From: Flavobacteriales bacterium UBA720
GTDB taxonomy: Bacteria > Bacteroidota > Bacteroidia > Flavobacteriales > Weeksellaceae
Direction: 5' to 3'
Assembly (NCBI GenBank): GCA_002297505.1
Contig: DBLQ01000110.1
Coordinates: forward strand, 6,569 to 70,568
DNA: 64,000 bases
Shown one piece after another: positions 1 to 8,676 of this stretch (positions are counted from its first letter, which is position 1; every line of letters begins with the position of its first letter). The notes under the pieces were generated by a model. That model did no database searches and was not told the DNA's origin. It saw only the letters and a list, made by a program, of their open reading frames with translations. The translations under genes were made by a program, and so were the position numbers.

Positions 1-845
1 GTTGCGATGATGACCGGCTTGGCATACAATCTGGCTTTGTTCACAAGATTTTTCTGGATTACAGGCACCTGCTCCATAGGAACCTCCACACCCAGGTCAC
101 CTCTGGCCACCATCAGGCAGTCACATTCCATAAGGATTTCGTCGATGTTTTTCACACCTTCCGGTTTCTCTATTTTGGCGATGATCGGTGTTTTGGTTTT
201 GTTGGTTGGATGTTTGGCCATCAATTCCTTGAGGTCGATGATATCCTGAGCATGGCGCACGAAGGAAAGTGCAATCCAGTCAAACTCATTATCGAGCATA
301 AAGTTGGCATCCTCAATATCTTTCTCTGTCAGTGCAGGAAGAGATACATTCGTATTCGGAAGGTTAACCCCTTTTTTAGAACTCAAAGGTCCGCCCTGGA
401 CCGTTTTTGCTCTTACGGTGTCCAGATTATTGGTTTCGATAACCTCAAGAACCAGTTTACCATCATCAATAAGGATTCTTTCGCCAACTTTTACATCCTG
501 AGGAAATCTCTCGTAAGTCATGTAAACTTTGGTAGAGTCGCCTTCCATCTTTTCATTCGTGAATGTCAGAACGTCGCCCGGATTAAGGAACGAGCCTTCT
601 TTTACAACACCTACTCTCAATTTTGGTCCCTGAAGATCTCCAAGGATTGAAACCGAGTAACCGTATTCTTGATTGATCTCACGGATGATGTTAACGTTTT
701 TCATCACCAGATCATAATCGGCGTGAGAAAAGTTAATTCTGAAAACATCAACACCAGCCTGGATCATCTGAATCATCGTCTCCTTGCTGGAAGTCGCAGG
801 TCCGAGTGTTGCAATTATTTTTGTTCTTTTAAGGTTTTTATTCAT
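1..845 (-). CDS. pyk: Pyruvate kinase, 5' part (runs off the window start)
   Basis: Reverse complement from 845 reads MNKNLKRTKIIATLGPATSSKE..., the pyruvate kinase N-terminus. Not in the ORF track because the stop lies outside the window. Confidence 0.93.
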   Translation of the reverse strand, partial: MNKNLKRTKIIATLGPATSSKETMIQMIQAGVDVFRINFSHADYDLVMKNVNIIREINQEYGYSVSILGDLQGPKLRVGVVKEGSFLNPGDVLTFTNEKMEGDSTKVYMTYERFPQDVKVGERILIDDGKLVLEVIETNNLDTVRAKTVQGGPLSSKKGVNLPNTNVSLPALTEKDIEDANFMLDNEFDWIALSFVRHAQDIIDLKELMAKHPTNKTKTPIIAKIEKPEGVKNIDEILMECDCLMVARGDLGVEVPMEQVPVIQKNLVNKARLYAKPVIIA

Positions 846-1311
846 AATATTGAATTAGTTGATAAAGTTCTTCTTCAGAACTTAGTGGATACTCCTGGAT
901 TTGAAATACAAAATTTTCCGGGAGCAAAATTAACGAAAAATCCGCAAACATATCGGAATTAGTTAATAAGTAATCTACATCCTGATGCAGATTTAGTAAA
1001 AATTTAATATTTGATTCATCTGAAAATAGTTCATTCTGTATTTTTTTTTGTACCGAAGTGATGGACTTATTGGAGATGAAATGGTAGCAGTTTCGGGTGA
1101 AGCGGTCGTAGGCCTGGTAGCGTGAAAAAAAGTGATCGTAATGTTCACCCTCGATCTTGATGTCACCGATCCGTTTGAAATTAAAGTCGTTGCGCTGGTT
1201 CAGCATAAAAAACAATTCGTGCTCTGGGATTGTTTTGATAAGTCTTATCAATCCGATGACGATCTCCGTGTGATCTTCCTCTAGCTTAAGAAATTGTTTT
1301 TTGATTTTCAA
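838..1311 (-). CDS. IPExxxVDY family protein
   Basis: Contains IPEHELFF and DVDYLL, and sits between rnc and pyk as is usual in flavobacteria. Confidence 0.8.
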   Translation of the reverse strand: MKIKKQFLKLEEDHTEIVIGLIRLIKTIPEHELFFMLNQRNDFNFKRIGDIKIEGEHYDHFFSRYQAYDRFTRNCYHFISNKSITSVQKKIQNELFSDESNIKFLLNLHQDVDYLLTNSDMFADFSLILLPENFVFQIQEYPLSSEEELYQLIQYYE

Positions 1312-2056
1312 TAATATTTTCTTTTTTGCTCAACATGTAAAAAGCGCGCTGCGCAGCCTTCTCCTCAGCCTTTTTCTTGGAAGTTTCCACGGCATTGGAG
1401 ATTTTTTCGTTGTGCAGCCAAACATGACAGCGGAACACCGTAATCTTATTGGGCTGAATTTCCTCACAGGTTTCGTACTTGATCGGGATTTTTTTCTTCT
1501 GACTCCATTCCAGCAGCAGGCCTTTGTAGCTGATAATCTTATTTTCCAGCTTATTGATGGTGGTGGGTGTCAGGATTCTTTCCAGCACTATTTTTTTACA
1601 GAACTCATAATCAATATCCAGATAGATGGCACCAATCAGCGCTTCCAGCAAGTTGCCGGAGATATTCTCACTCAGGATGGTCTGGCTGGTATCTGCCTGT
1701 AGCAGCTGGCTCAGCTTCAGATCTTCGCCCAGTTTGTTCAGGTTTTTCCTGTTGACAATCTTGGATTTCATCTGCGTGAGGAAACCTTCGTTTTCATTCG
1801 GGTAGGTCTGAAAAAGATGGCAAGAAATAATGGTTCCTAAAACAGAATCCCCTAAAAACTCAAGACGTTCGTAATTTTTTTTGCCTGTGCTCTTCGAGGA
1901 AGATTTTAATGAAAATGCCTCTTTAAAGATTTCCAGGTTGTGGATGTTGTAACCAACGATTTCGGAAATTTTTTTGCGAAAAATAATGTCGTTTTCCGAA
2001 AGTTTTTGTGTTCTGTTTTTTGGAAGTAATTTGAAAAAATAATTTTTCAACTCCAT
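1286..2056 (-). CDS. rnc: Ribonuclease III
   Basis: ERLEFLGDSVL signature, LEALIGAIYLD, and a C-terminal dsRBD (KKKAEEKAAQRA). Confidence 0.97.
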   Translation of the reverse strand: MELKNYFFKLLPKNRTQKLSENDIIFRKKISEIVGYNIHNLEIFKEAFSLKSSSKSTGKKNYERLEFLGDSVLGTIISCHLFQTYPNENEGFLTQMKSKIVNRKNLNKLGEDLKLSQLLQADTSQTILSENISGNLLEALIGAIYLDIDYEFCKKIVLERILTPTTINKLENKIISYKGLLLEWSQKKKIPIKYETCEEIQPNKITVFRCHVWLHNEKISNAVETSKKKAEEKAAQRAFYMLSKKENIIENQKTIS

Positions 2057-2068
2057 AAAAACATCAGA

Positions 2069-3316
2069 TTATATTTTTTTGAAAAGAACGCAAGCATTGT
2101 GACCACCAAATCCGAATGTGTTGCTCATCGCAATTGTAACATCCTTTTCCACAGCTTCATTGAACGTGAAGTTTAGTCTGCTGTCAATGTTCTCATCGTC
2201 TGTAAAGTGATTAATCGTCGGTGGCACGATGCCGTGGATGATGGTATGTAGCGCTGCAATGGCTTCAATAACACCTGCCGCTCCCAGAAGGTGGCCAGTC
2301 ATTGACTTGGTAGAGTTGATCTGAATGTCAAAAGCGTGCTCGCCAAATAATCTTGCAATTGCGTTGGATTCTGCGATGTCTCCTAGTGGAGTAGACGTGC
2401 CATGCATATTGATGTGATCTACTTCATCAGCAGTTACACCGGCATCTTCCAGACAATTTTTCATTACAAGGTAAGCGCCAAGACCTTCAGGGTGCGGTGC
2501 GGTCATGTGGTGCGCATCGGCACTCATTCCGCCGCCTGCCAACTCTGCGTAGATGGTTGCGCCACGTTTTTTTGCGTGTTCATATTCCTCAAGGATGATA
2601 CATCCTGCACCTTCGCCCAGTACAAATCCATCTCTGTCTTTGTCGAAGGGTCTTGAAGCTGTCTTAGGATCATCATTTCTTGTAGAAAGTGCATGCATTG
2701 CGTTGAATCCGCCCATTCCGCTGGCTGTAACAGCTGCTTCCGAACCACCGCAAACGATAACGTCTGCTTTGCCGAGGTTAATCAGCATTTTGGCATCAAT
2801 CAAAGCGTTAGCCGATGATGCGCAGGCAGAAACCGTAGTGTAGTTGGGTCCGTGGAAACCGTACTCGATGGAGATATTTCCCGGCGTGATGTCCGCAATC
2901 ATTTTCGGAATAAAGAAAGGGTTGAATCTTGGGATGTTGTTAGAAGCGGCCCAGCCCAGAACTTCCGTCTCGAAAGTTTCCAGTCCGCCAATTCCGGATC
3001 CCCAGATCACGCCCACACGGTCTTTATTCACGTGATCTTCTATCAGTCTGCTGTGTGCGATGGCTTCTCTGGCGGCAATCTGGCCGAACTGAGAGTTTCT
3101 GTCCATCTTCTTGGCCTCTTTCTTATCGAAATAATTAAGGGCATCGAAGTTTTTGACTTCGCAGGCAAACTTGGTTTTAAAATTTGTGGAATCAAAAAGA
3201 GTAATAGGAGCAGCGCCGCTCTCTCCCTTTTTCAGGTTTTCCCAGTATTCTTTAGCATTATTTCCGATAGGCGTTATAGCGCCGAATCCGGTTACAACTA
3301 CTCTTTTTAATTCCAT
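2069..3316 (-). CDS. fabF: Beta-ketoacyl-ACP synthase II
   Basis: RVVVTGFGAITPIG, SACASS active site, HGTST, KSMTGHLLGAAG, NTFGFGGHNA. Confidence 0.98.
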   Translation of the reverse strand: MELKRVVVTGFGAITPIGNNAKEYWENLKKGESGAAPITLFDSTNFKTKFACEVKNFDALNYFDKKEAKKMDRNSQFGQIAAREAIAHSRLIEDHVNKDRVGVIWGSGIGGLETFETEVLGWAASNNIPRFNPFFIPKMIADITPGNISIEYGFHGPNYTTVSACASSANALIDAKMLINLGKADVIVCGGSEAAVTASGMGGFNAMHALSTRNDDPKTASRPFDKDRDGFVLGEGAGCIILEEYEHAKKRGATIYAELAGGGMSADAHHMTAPHPEGLGAYLVMKNCLEDAGVTADEVDHINMHGTSTPLGDIAESNAIARLFGEHAFDIQINSTKSMTGHLLGAAGVIEAIAALHTIIHGIVPPTINHFTDDENIDSRLNFTFNEAVEKDVTIAMSNTFGFGGHNACVLFKKI

Positions 3317-3339
3317 AAATTTTTTTGTCTAGTAAGATA

Positions 3340-3579
3340 TTATTTATTTACAACTTCTTCGATGTAAGCAATAGCGTGACCTACAGTTGTAATTTTTTCT
3401 GCTTGATCATCAGGAATCTGAATGTTGAATTCTTTTTCGAATTCCATGATCAATTCTACAGTATCCAAAGAATCAGCTCCTAAATCATTAGTGAAGCTAG
3501 CTTCTGGAGTTACTTCTGTTTCTTCAACGTCAAGCTTATCAGCGATGATAGCTTTTACTCTTGATGCAATGTCTGACAT
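3340..3579 (-). CDS. acpP: Acyl carrier protein
   Basis: [14 protein letters not shown] phosphopantetheine site. Confidence 0.99.
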   Translation of the reverse strand: MSDIASRVKAIIADKLDVEETEVTPEASFTNDLGADSLDTVELIMEFEKEFNIQIPDDQAEKITTVGHAIAYIEEVVNK

Positions 3580-3747
3580 AGTATTTTATTTTTAATTATG
3601 TTAATTTGGTGCAAATATATAAAATTTCAAATCATTACAATTTTTTTTTAGTTTTTTAAAGTTCCGTAGAATCTATCTTTTTTATAATCAAATCTTTAAA
3701 ATTACAATGGTTAAGGTGTAAAAATTTGCTTATTTTTGCGTCTTATT

Positions 3748-4425
3748 ATGAATGATATGATGGAACAATTTCCTGATAACGACGATGATGTGTTCACAGG
3801 TAAGGAACATACGCCGCTCAGAAAAGATGCTTTCGAACTTACTTCTGCTGAAAAAATTGAAAAGATCGAAGGACTTTTCGGTGAGATTATGCACACGCTG
3901 GGCCTGGATATGACGGATGATTCTCTGAAAGATTCGCCGAAACGTGTGGCGAAGATGTATGTCAATGAAATATTTGGCGGGCTTTTACCAGAGAATAAAC
4001 CAAGCGTTTCCACATTCAAGAATCAGTATAAATACAGACAAATGTTGGTGGAGAAGGATATCACCGTTTACTCTTTCTGCGAGCATCATTTTCTGCCGAT
4101 TATCGGAAAAGCGCACGTGGCTTACATTTCTAATGGTGAAGTCATAGGTTTGTCAAAAATCAACAGAATCGTGGATTATTATGCAAAGCGGCCGCAGGTT
4201 CAGGAGCGATTGACCATGCAGATTGTGGACGCGCTGAAGGAAGCTTTGGGAACCCAGAATGTCGCCTGTATCATCGATGCAAAACATCTTTGTGTCAATT
4301 GCCGCGGCATCAAAGATACGGCGAGTTCTACAATTACAGCGGAATTAAGCGGGATTTTCCGAACCAATCCAATTACCAGACAGGAGTTTCTGCATTATGT
4401 AGGAAGTCACGCAAAATTTGATTAA
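3748..4425 (+). CDS. folE: GTP cyclohydrolase I
   Basis: SFCEHHFLP, RPQVQERLT, HLCVNCRG. The ATG at 3748 follows a TATTTTTG promoter-like box. Confidence 0.97.
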   Translation: MNDMMEQFPDNDDDVFTGKEHTPLRKDAFELTSAEKIEKIEGLFGEIMHTLGLDMTDDSLKDSPKRVAKMYVNEIFGGLLPENKPSVSTFKNQYKYRQMLVEKDITVYSFCEHHFLPIIGKAHVAYISNGEVIGLSKINRIVDYYAKRPQVQERLTMQIVDALKEALGTQNVACIIDAKHLCVNCRGIKDTASSTITAELSGIFRTNPITRQEFLHYVGSHAKFD

Positions 4426-4427
4426 TA

Positions 4428-5633
4428 ATGATAAAAAGTATTACCCTAGAAAATTTTTTCAGTTTTGCTGAACCCACAAAAATTAATTTAAATTCTGAAG
4501 CCAATATTTTAATTGGCATTAATGGAAGTGGGAAATCTAATTTTCTAAAAGCTATTGAACTATTGTATGAATCTATTTCAGGAATAGGTTTGGAGAAATT
4601 ATTTCTGAGAGATTGGGGTGGTTTTAAAGAAGTTGCGAATTATTCAACAAAGAAAGATTATATTAAATTGATTTATGAATTTGATTTGCAAAATCTTAAA
4701 AAAGTTAAAGGATTTAAATTTCAGACTGATATAATATATGAATTGACCATTCATAAAATTGGTGAAACAAATTATTCATTATCTGAAAAATTATTTACAG
4801 TAAATAATAATAAAAAACCTCCTTTTGTTTATATGGAAATTTCGAACTCAAAAGGACAAGTTTCAACAAGGGAATTAGATGGTAAACCTGGTTTGCAATA
4901 TTATTCTAAAGTAGATTTTAAAACATCTGAGCCGGTTTTACGACAGTTGTCTGACCCTGAGAGGTTTTATCCACAATTTACATTAAGAAATGCTATTGAG
5001 AAAATGGTAGTTTATGGATATTTTGATACAGGTAAAAATAGTATTATTAGAAAACCAGCTCCATTTTCCTTAGATAAAACTTTACTTCCTGTGGGTTTAA
5101 ATATTGCTTCTTTATTGAATGATATTAAAAATAATAATTCTCGTGAATACGAAAAAATACAACTAAAATTAAAAAAAGTAAATCCTAGATTTAAAGAAAT
5201 ATCTTTTAATTTATTTAGTTCAAGTATTATTTTAGCCTTATTGGAAGATGGTTTAGATAAATCAATCTCTGTTACAAATTTGTCAGACGGTACATTAAGA
5301 TATATACTTTTAATGTCTATATTTTTTAATCCTAATCGAGAAAGTTTAATATGTATTGACGAGCCTGAAATTGGTTTGCATCCTGATATGATTGCAACAG
5401 TTTGTGAATCAATTTTAGAATCTTCTAGTAAATCACAATATTTTTTGGCAACACATTCACCATTGGTTTTAAATAGCTTTAAGATAGAAGATTTGTTGAT
5501 ATTTGAGAAAAATCAAAAAAATCAAACTCAAATCAAAAATATTCTTGAAGATGAGAAGATTATGGAGTTGAAAGATAATGTATCATTAGGTCAATTATGG
5601 ATGGCTGGCTTGTTAGGAGGTGTGAGATGGTAA
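4428..5633 (+). CDS. ABC-type (AAA_21/SMC-like) ATPase
   Basis: Walker A GINGSGKSN, signature LSDGT, Walker B ICIDEPE, H-loop ATHS. No transmembrane domain; visibly AT-rich. Confidence 0.9.
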   Translation: MIKSITLENFFSFAEPTKINLNSEANILIGINGSGKSNFLKAIELLYESISGIGLEKLFLRDWGGFKEVANYSTKKDYIKLIYEFDLQNLKKVKGFKFQTDIIYELTIHKIGETNYSLSEKLFTVNNNKKPPFVYMEISNSKGQVSTRELDGKPGLQYYSKVDFKTSEPVLRQLSDPERFYPQFTLRNAIEKMVVYGYFDTGKNSIIRKPAPFSLDKTLLPVGLNIASLLNDIKNNNSREYEKIQLKLKKVNPRFKEISFNLFSSSIILALLEDGLDKSISVTNLSDGTLRYILLMSIFFNPNRESLICIDEPEIGLHPDMIATVCESILESSSKSQYFLATHSPLVLNSFKIEDLLIFEKNQKNQTQIKNILEDEKIMELKDNVSLGQLWMAGLLGGVRW

Positions 5634-6313
5634 CTGTAAGTATTTTTATCGAAGGCGATAATCCCGAAAATAGTTTTTTTGAGCAAATTTCTGAAGCGAG
5701 AAAAAGTGTATTAAGTGCTCTGGAAACGGTTTCTGCTCAGAGTACATTTAGAGAGGCTTTCAATATTCTTTTTTCTCAAGCCATTAATAGAGGTTCTGAA
5801 ATAAAAATTGAAACATTGTCGATAGGAACAAAAAAGATGTCAGAGGTTAATAAAAGTGCTTTAAAACTAAAACTAGAAGAAAATCCACAATCTTGTTTAT
5901 TATTGGATTTAGATACAGCTAATTCAGAAAGGGAGAATATGATTTTAAATAACTTTAATGAATTTGAAACTAACAGATTATTTTTTATGGTTCAGCAAAT
6001 GGAGTCTTGGATAATCTCACAACCGAATTGTGTAATCAAATATTACAATCTTTTTTATAAAAAAATAAATAGGAAAATAAATTTTACTGAACATAAATTT
6101 TATTACAGTGAAGATTTTGAAAATATAAATAAACCAGAAGATAAATTAAGCGAATTTATAAAGTATTTTTGGCAAGAGAATACAAGTAACAAAAAAGCAA
6201 AATATCATAAAACAAGAATTGCTCCATCTCTAATTAAATTATTAGACTTTTCAGAATTGACAATTAATTTTGTGGATGCCAAACTAATTAACGGTTTTAT
6301 TAAACAAAGCTAA
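5627..6313 (+). CDS. TOPRIM-like protein (DUF4276-like), putative nuclease partner of the ATPase
   Basis: N-terminal IFIEGD, central LLLDLD (DxD) and VQQMESWII motifs. ATG at 5627 overlaps the end of the ATPase gene. Confidence 0.65.
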   Translation: MVTVSIFIEGDNPENSFFEQISEARKSVLSALETVSAQSTFREAFNILFSQAINRGSEIKIETLSIGTKKMSEVNKSALKLKLEENPQSCLLLDLDTANSERENMILNNFNEFETNRLFFMVQQMESWIISQPNCVIKYYNLFYKKINRKINFTEHKFYYSEDFENINKPEDKLSEFIKYFWQENTSNKKAKYHKTRIAPSLIKLLDFSELTINFVDAKLINGFIKQS

Positions 6314-6319
6314 AAATCA

Positions 6320-7789
6320 ATGCAACTAAAAATATACAACTCGCTTTCAGGCGAAAAAGAAGTTTTCAAACCGATTTTAGAAGGTAATGTCGGGATGTAC
6401 GTCTGCGGCCCGACGGTTTACAGTAATGTCCATTTGGGAAATGTGAGAACTTTTTTGTCTTTCGATTTCATTTACAGGAGCCTTCGGTTTTTGGGCTATA
6501 AAGTCAGATACGTCAGAAATATCACCGATGCAGGGCATCTCACGGACGACGGCGATATCAATAACGACCGCTTCATCAAGCAATCCAGATTGGAGAAGCT
6601 CGAGCCAATGGAAATTGTCCAGAAATATACCGTCGATTTTCACGAGGTTTTGAAGAAATTCAACTTGCTACCGCCTACGATCGAACCGACTGCAACGGGG
6701 CACATCATCGAACAGTTGGAACTCACGAAACTTTTGGTAGAAAAAGGGTTTGCATACGAAAGTAATGGTTCTGTTTATTTCGATGTTTTGGAATACAATG
6801 CAAGAGGACTTAATTACGGAGAATTATCCCGAAGAAATATCGAAGAATTATTTGCCAATACAAGAGATTTGGATGGGCAAGGCGAGAAAAAGAATCCACA
6901 AGATTTTGCCCTTTGGAAAAAAGCATCGCCTGAACATATTATGAAATGGCCGTCACCTTGGGGAGAAGGTTTCCCTGGCTGGCATCTGGAATGTACTGCG
7001 ATGAGCACCAAGTATTTGGGCGACCAATTTGATATTCACGGTGGTGGAATGGATTTAAAATTTCCGCATCACGAATGTGAAATTGCTCAGGGAAAAGCCT
7101 GCAACGGCGTAGAGCCTGTGAAATATTGGATGCACGCCAATATGCTGACAATGAACGGACAACGAATGAGCAAATCGACAGGAAATTATATTTTACCGAT
7201 GCAATTGATCACCGGGAATAATGATTTCTTTGAGAAAGCTTTTCATCCAAGTGTGTTAAGATTTTGCTTTTTACAGGCTCATTACAGAAGTGTTTTGGAT
7301 ATTTCCAATGATGCGATGCTGGCGAGTGAAAAAGGTTTCAACCGATTGATGGAAGCTGTGAAGATACTCAATACTCAAACTCAGGTCGAAGGTGTAGAAA
7401 CCTCTTCTTTTGATTATAACAACTGGAAAGAGAAAGTCTTGGAAGCTTTATCAGATGACTTCAATAGTCCGATTCTGATTTCCCATTTATTCGAAGCGGT
7501 GAAATTTATCTCGGCATCTAAACTCGGGAAAGAAAGTATCTCGACAGAAGATTATGAAGATCTGAAACAATTTCTGAACGCCATTGTTTTCGATGTTTTA
7601 GGTTTGGAAATGATCGAAGAATCCAATAATGACAAGCTGGACCAGACTTTGCAGGTTTTAATTGATTTGAGAAATCAGGCCAGAAAAGCCAAGAACTGGG
7701 AACTGTCTGACCAGATTCGCGACCAGCTTTTGGAAAAAGGAATTGAGCTGAAAGATGGAAGAGACGGAACGAGTTATGTACTGAATTGA
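6320..7789 (+). CDS. cysS: Cysteine--tRNA ligase
   Basis: [43 protein letters not shown]. Confidence 0.98.
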   Translation: MQLKIYNSLSGEKEVFKPILEGNVGMYVCGPTVYSNVHLGNVRTFLSFDFIYRSLRFLGYKVRYVRNITDAGHLTDDGDINNDRFIKQSRLEKLEPMEIVQKYTVDFHEVLKKFNLLPPTIEPTATGHIIEQLELTKLLVEKGFAYESNGSVYFDVLEYNARGLNYGELSRRNIEELFANTRDLDGQGEKKNPQDFALWKKASPEHIMKWPSPWGEGFPGWHLECTAMSTKYLGDQFDIHGGGMDLKFPHHECEIAQGKACNGVEPVKYWMHANMLTMNGQRMSKSTGNYILPMQLITGNNDFFEKAFHPSVLRFCFLQAHYRSVLDISNDAMLASEKGFNRLMEAVKILNTQTQVEGVETSSFDYNNWKEKVLEALSDDFNSPILISHLFEAVKFISASKLGKESISTEDYEDLKQFLNAIVFDVLGLEMIEESNNDKLDQTLQVLIDLRNQARKAKNWELSDQIRDQLLEKGIELKDGRDGTSYVLN

Positions 7790-7813
7790 TTCCGGAAACT
7801 CCCAAATAATTAC

Positions 7814-7846
7814 AAATACGGTTAACGAACGTTAAACCGTATTTTT
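7814..7846 (+). terminator. Probable intrinsic terminator after cysS
   Basis: AATACGGTT...AACCGTATT hairpin followed by a T-run. Confidence 0.65.
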
Positions 7847-7887
7847 ATTTGAATGAGGAAGATTACTTTTGACAAAACTATAATTGT

Positions 7888-8618
7888 TTGAAAAGACTTT
7901 TACAATTTTGCTTTCTTTCGGCTTGGGCATTTTCCTTTTCACAGACGGTTTCCGGAACGGTATTTTCTGAGGAAGGTCTCGCGCTTCCCAGGGTTTTGGT
8001 GGTCAATATGGCTTCCAGCCAAAAGGTGTACACCGATGGCTTTGGAACATTTTCAATTTTGGGCAAACCCGGGGATGAACTGCGCTTTGCGAGGGAAAAT
8101 TACAAAGGCGAGAGAACGATCATTTCCGCAAGTCCGCTTACGATTCATCTTGAGAAAATGCCGCAGGAAATAGAGGAGGTCAGAATTGTGGACAAGCGAC
8201 TTGCTGAATCTCAGGAAGAGAAACTCAGAAAAGATATCGGACTGCCAAAAGGCCCGGACAAGCCCTTGAGAAACCGGCCGACGCGGTTGATGACATTCTA
8301 AAACCACTTATAAGGATTCCGCCAATGGTCAACATTCAGGCAATTTATGATGTGCTCAGCGGAAAATCCAGACGCCTGAAAAGACTTTACAAATATGAGG
8401 ATTTACAGGAAGGCCTGGCCTGGATTCAGAATAATGTGGACTTGGAATATTTTGCAGAAGCCGGGATTATGCCAGACAAATTCAATGATTTCCTGATGTT
8501 TTCCCTGCAGGATGAAAAGGTTCTGATGTATATGAAAGCCAAAAATATCGGAGGCCTTACGGTGACGCTGGATGGTCACATCGCGCCCTATCTGGAGGTT
8601 CTGTCCCGCAAAAAATAA
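7888..8618 (+). pseudogene. Frameshifted secreted protein with a carboxypeptidase-regulatory-like N-terminal domain
   Basis: ORF 7888-8301 has a signal peptide and a VSGTVFSEEG..TDGFGTFSI domain. It joins ORF 8325-8618 through an alternative frame (EKPADAVDDILKPLIRIPP-MVN) if one base is added near 8263-8267. Confidence 0.7.
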
Positions 8619-8676
8619 AAAATTTTATATCTTTCAATAAATCATTAAATTGCGTCCATATTAACAGACCTTAATA

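Noticed and set aside
7..962. Plus-strand ORFs at the window start
   Set aside because: They are antisense to pyk, which is readable on the minus strand.
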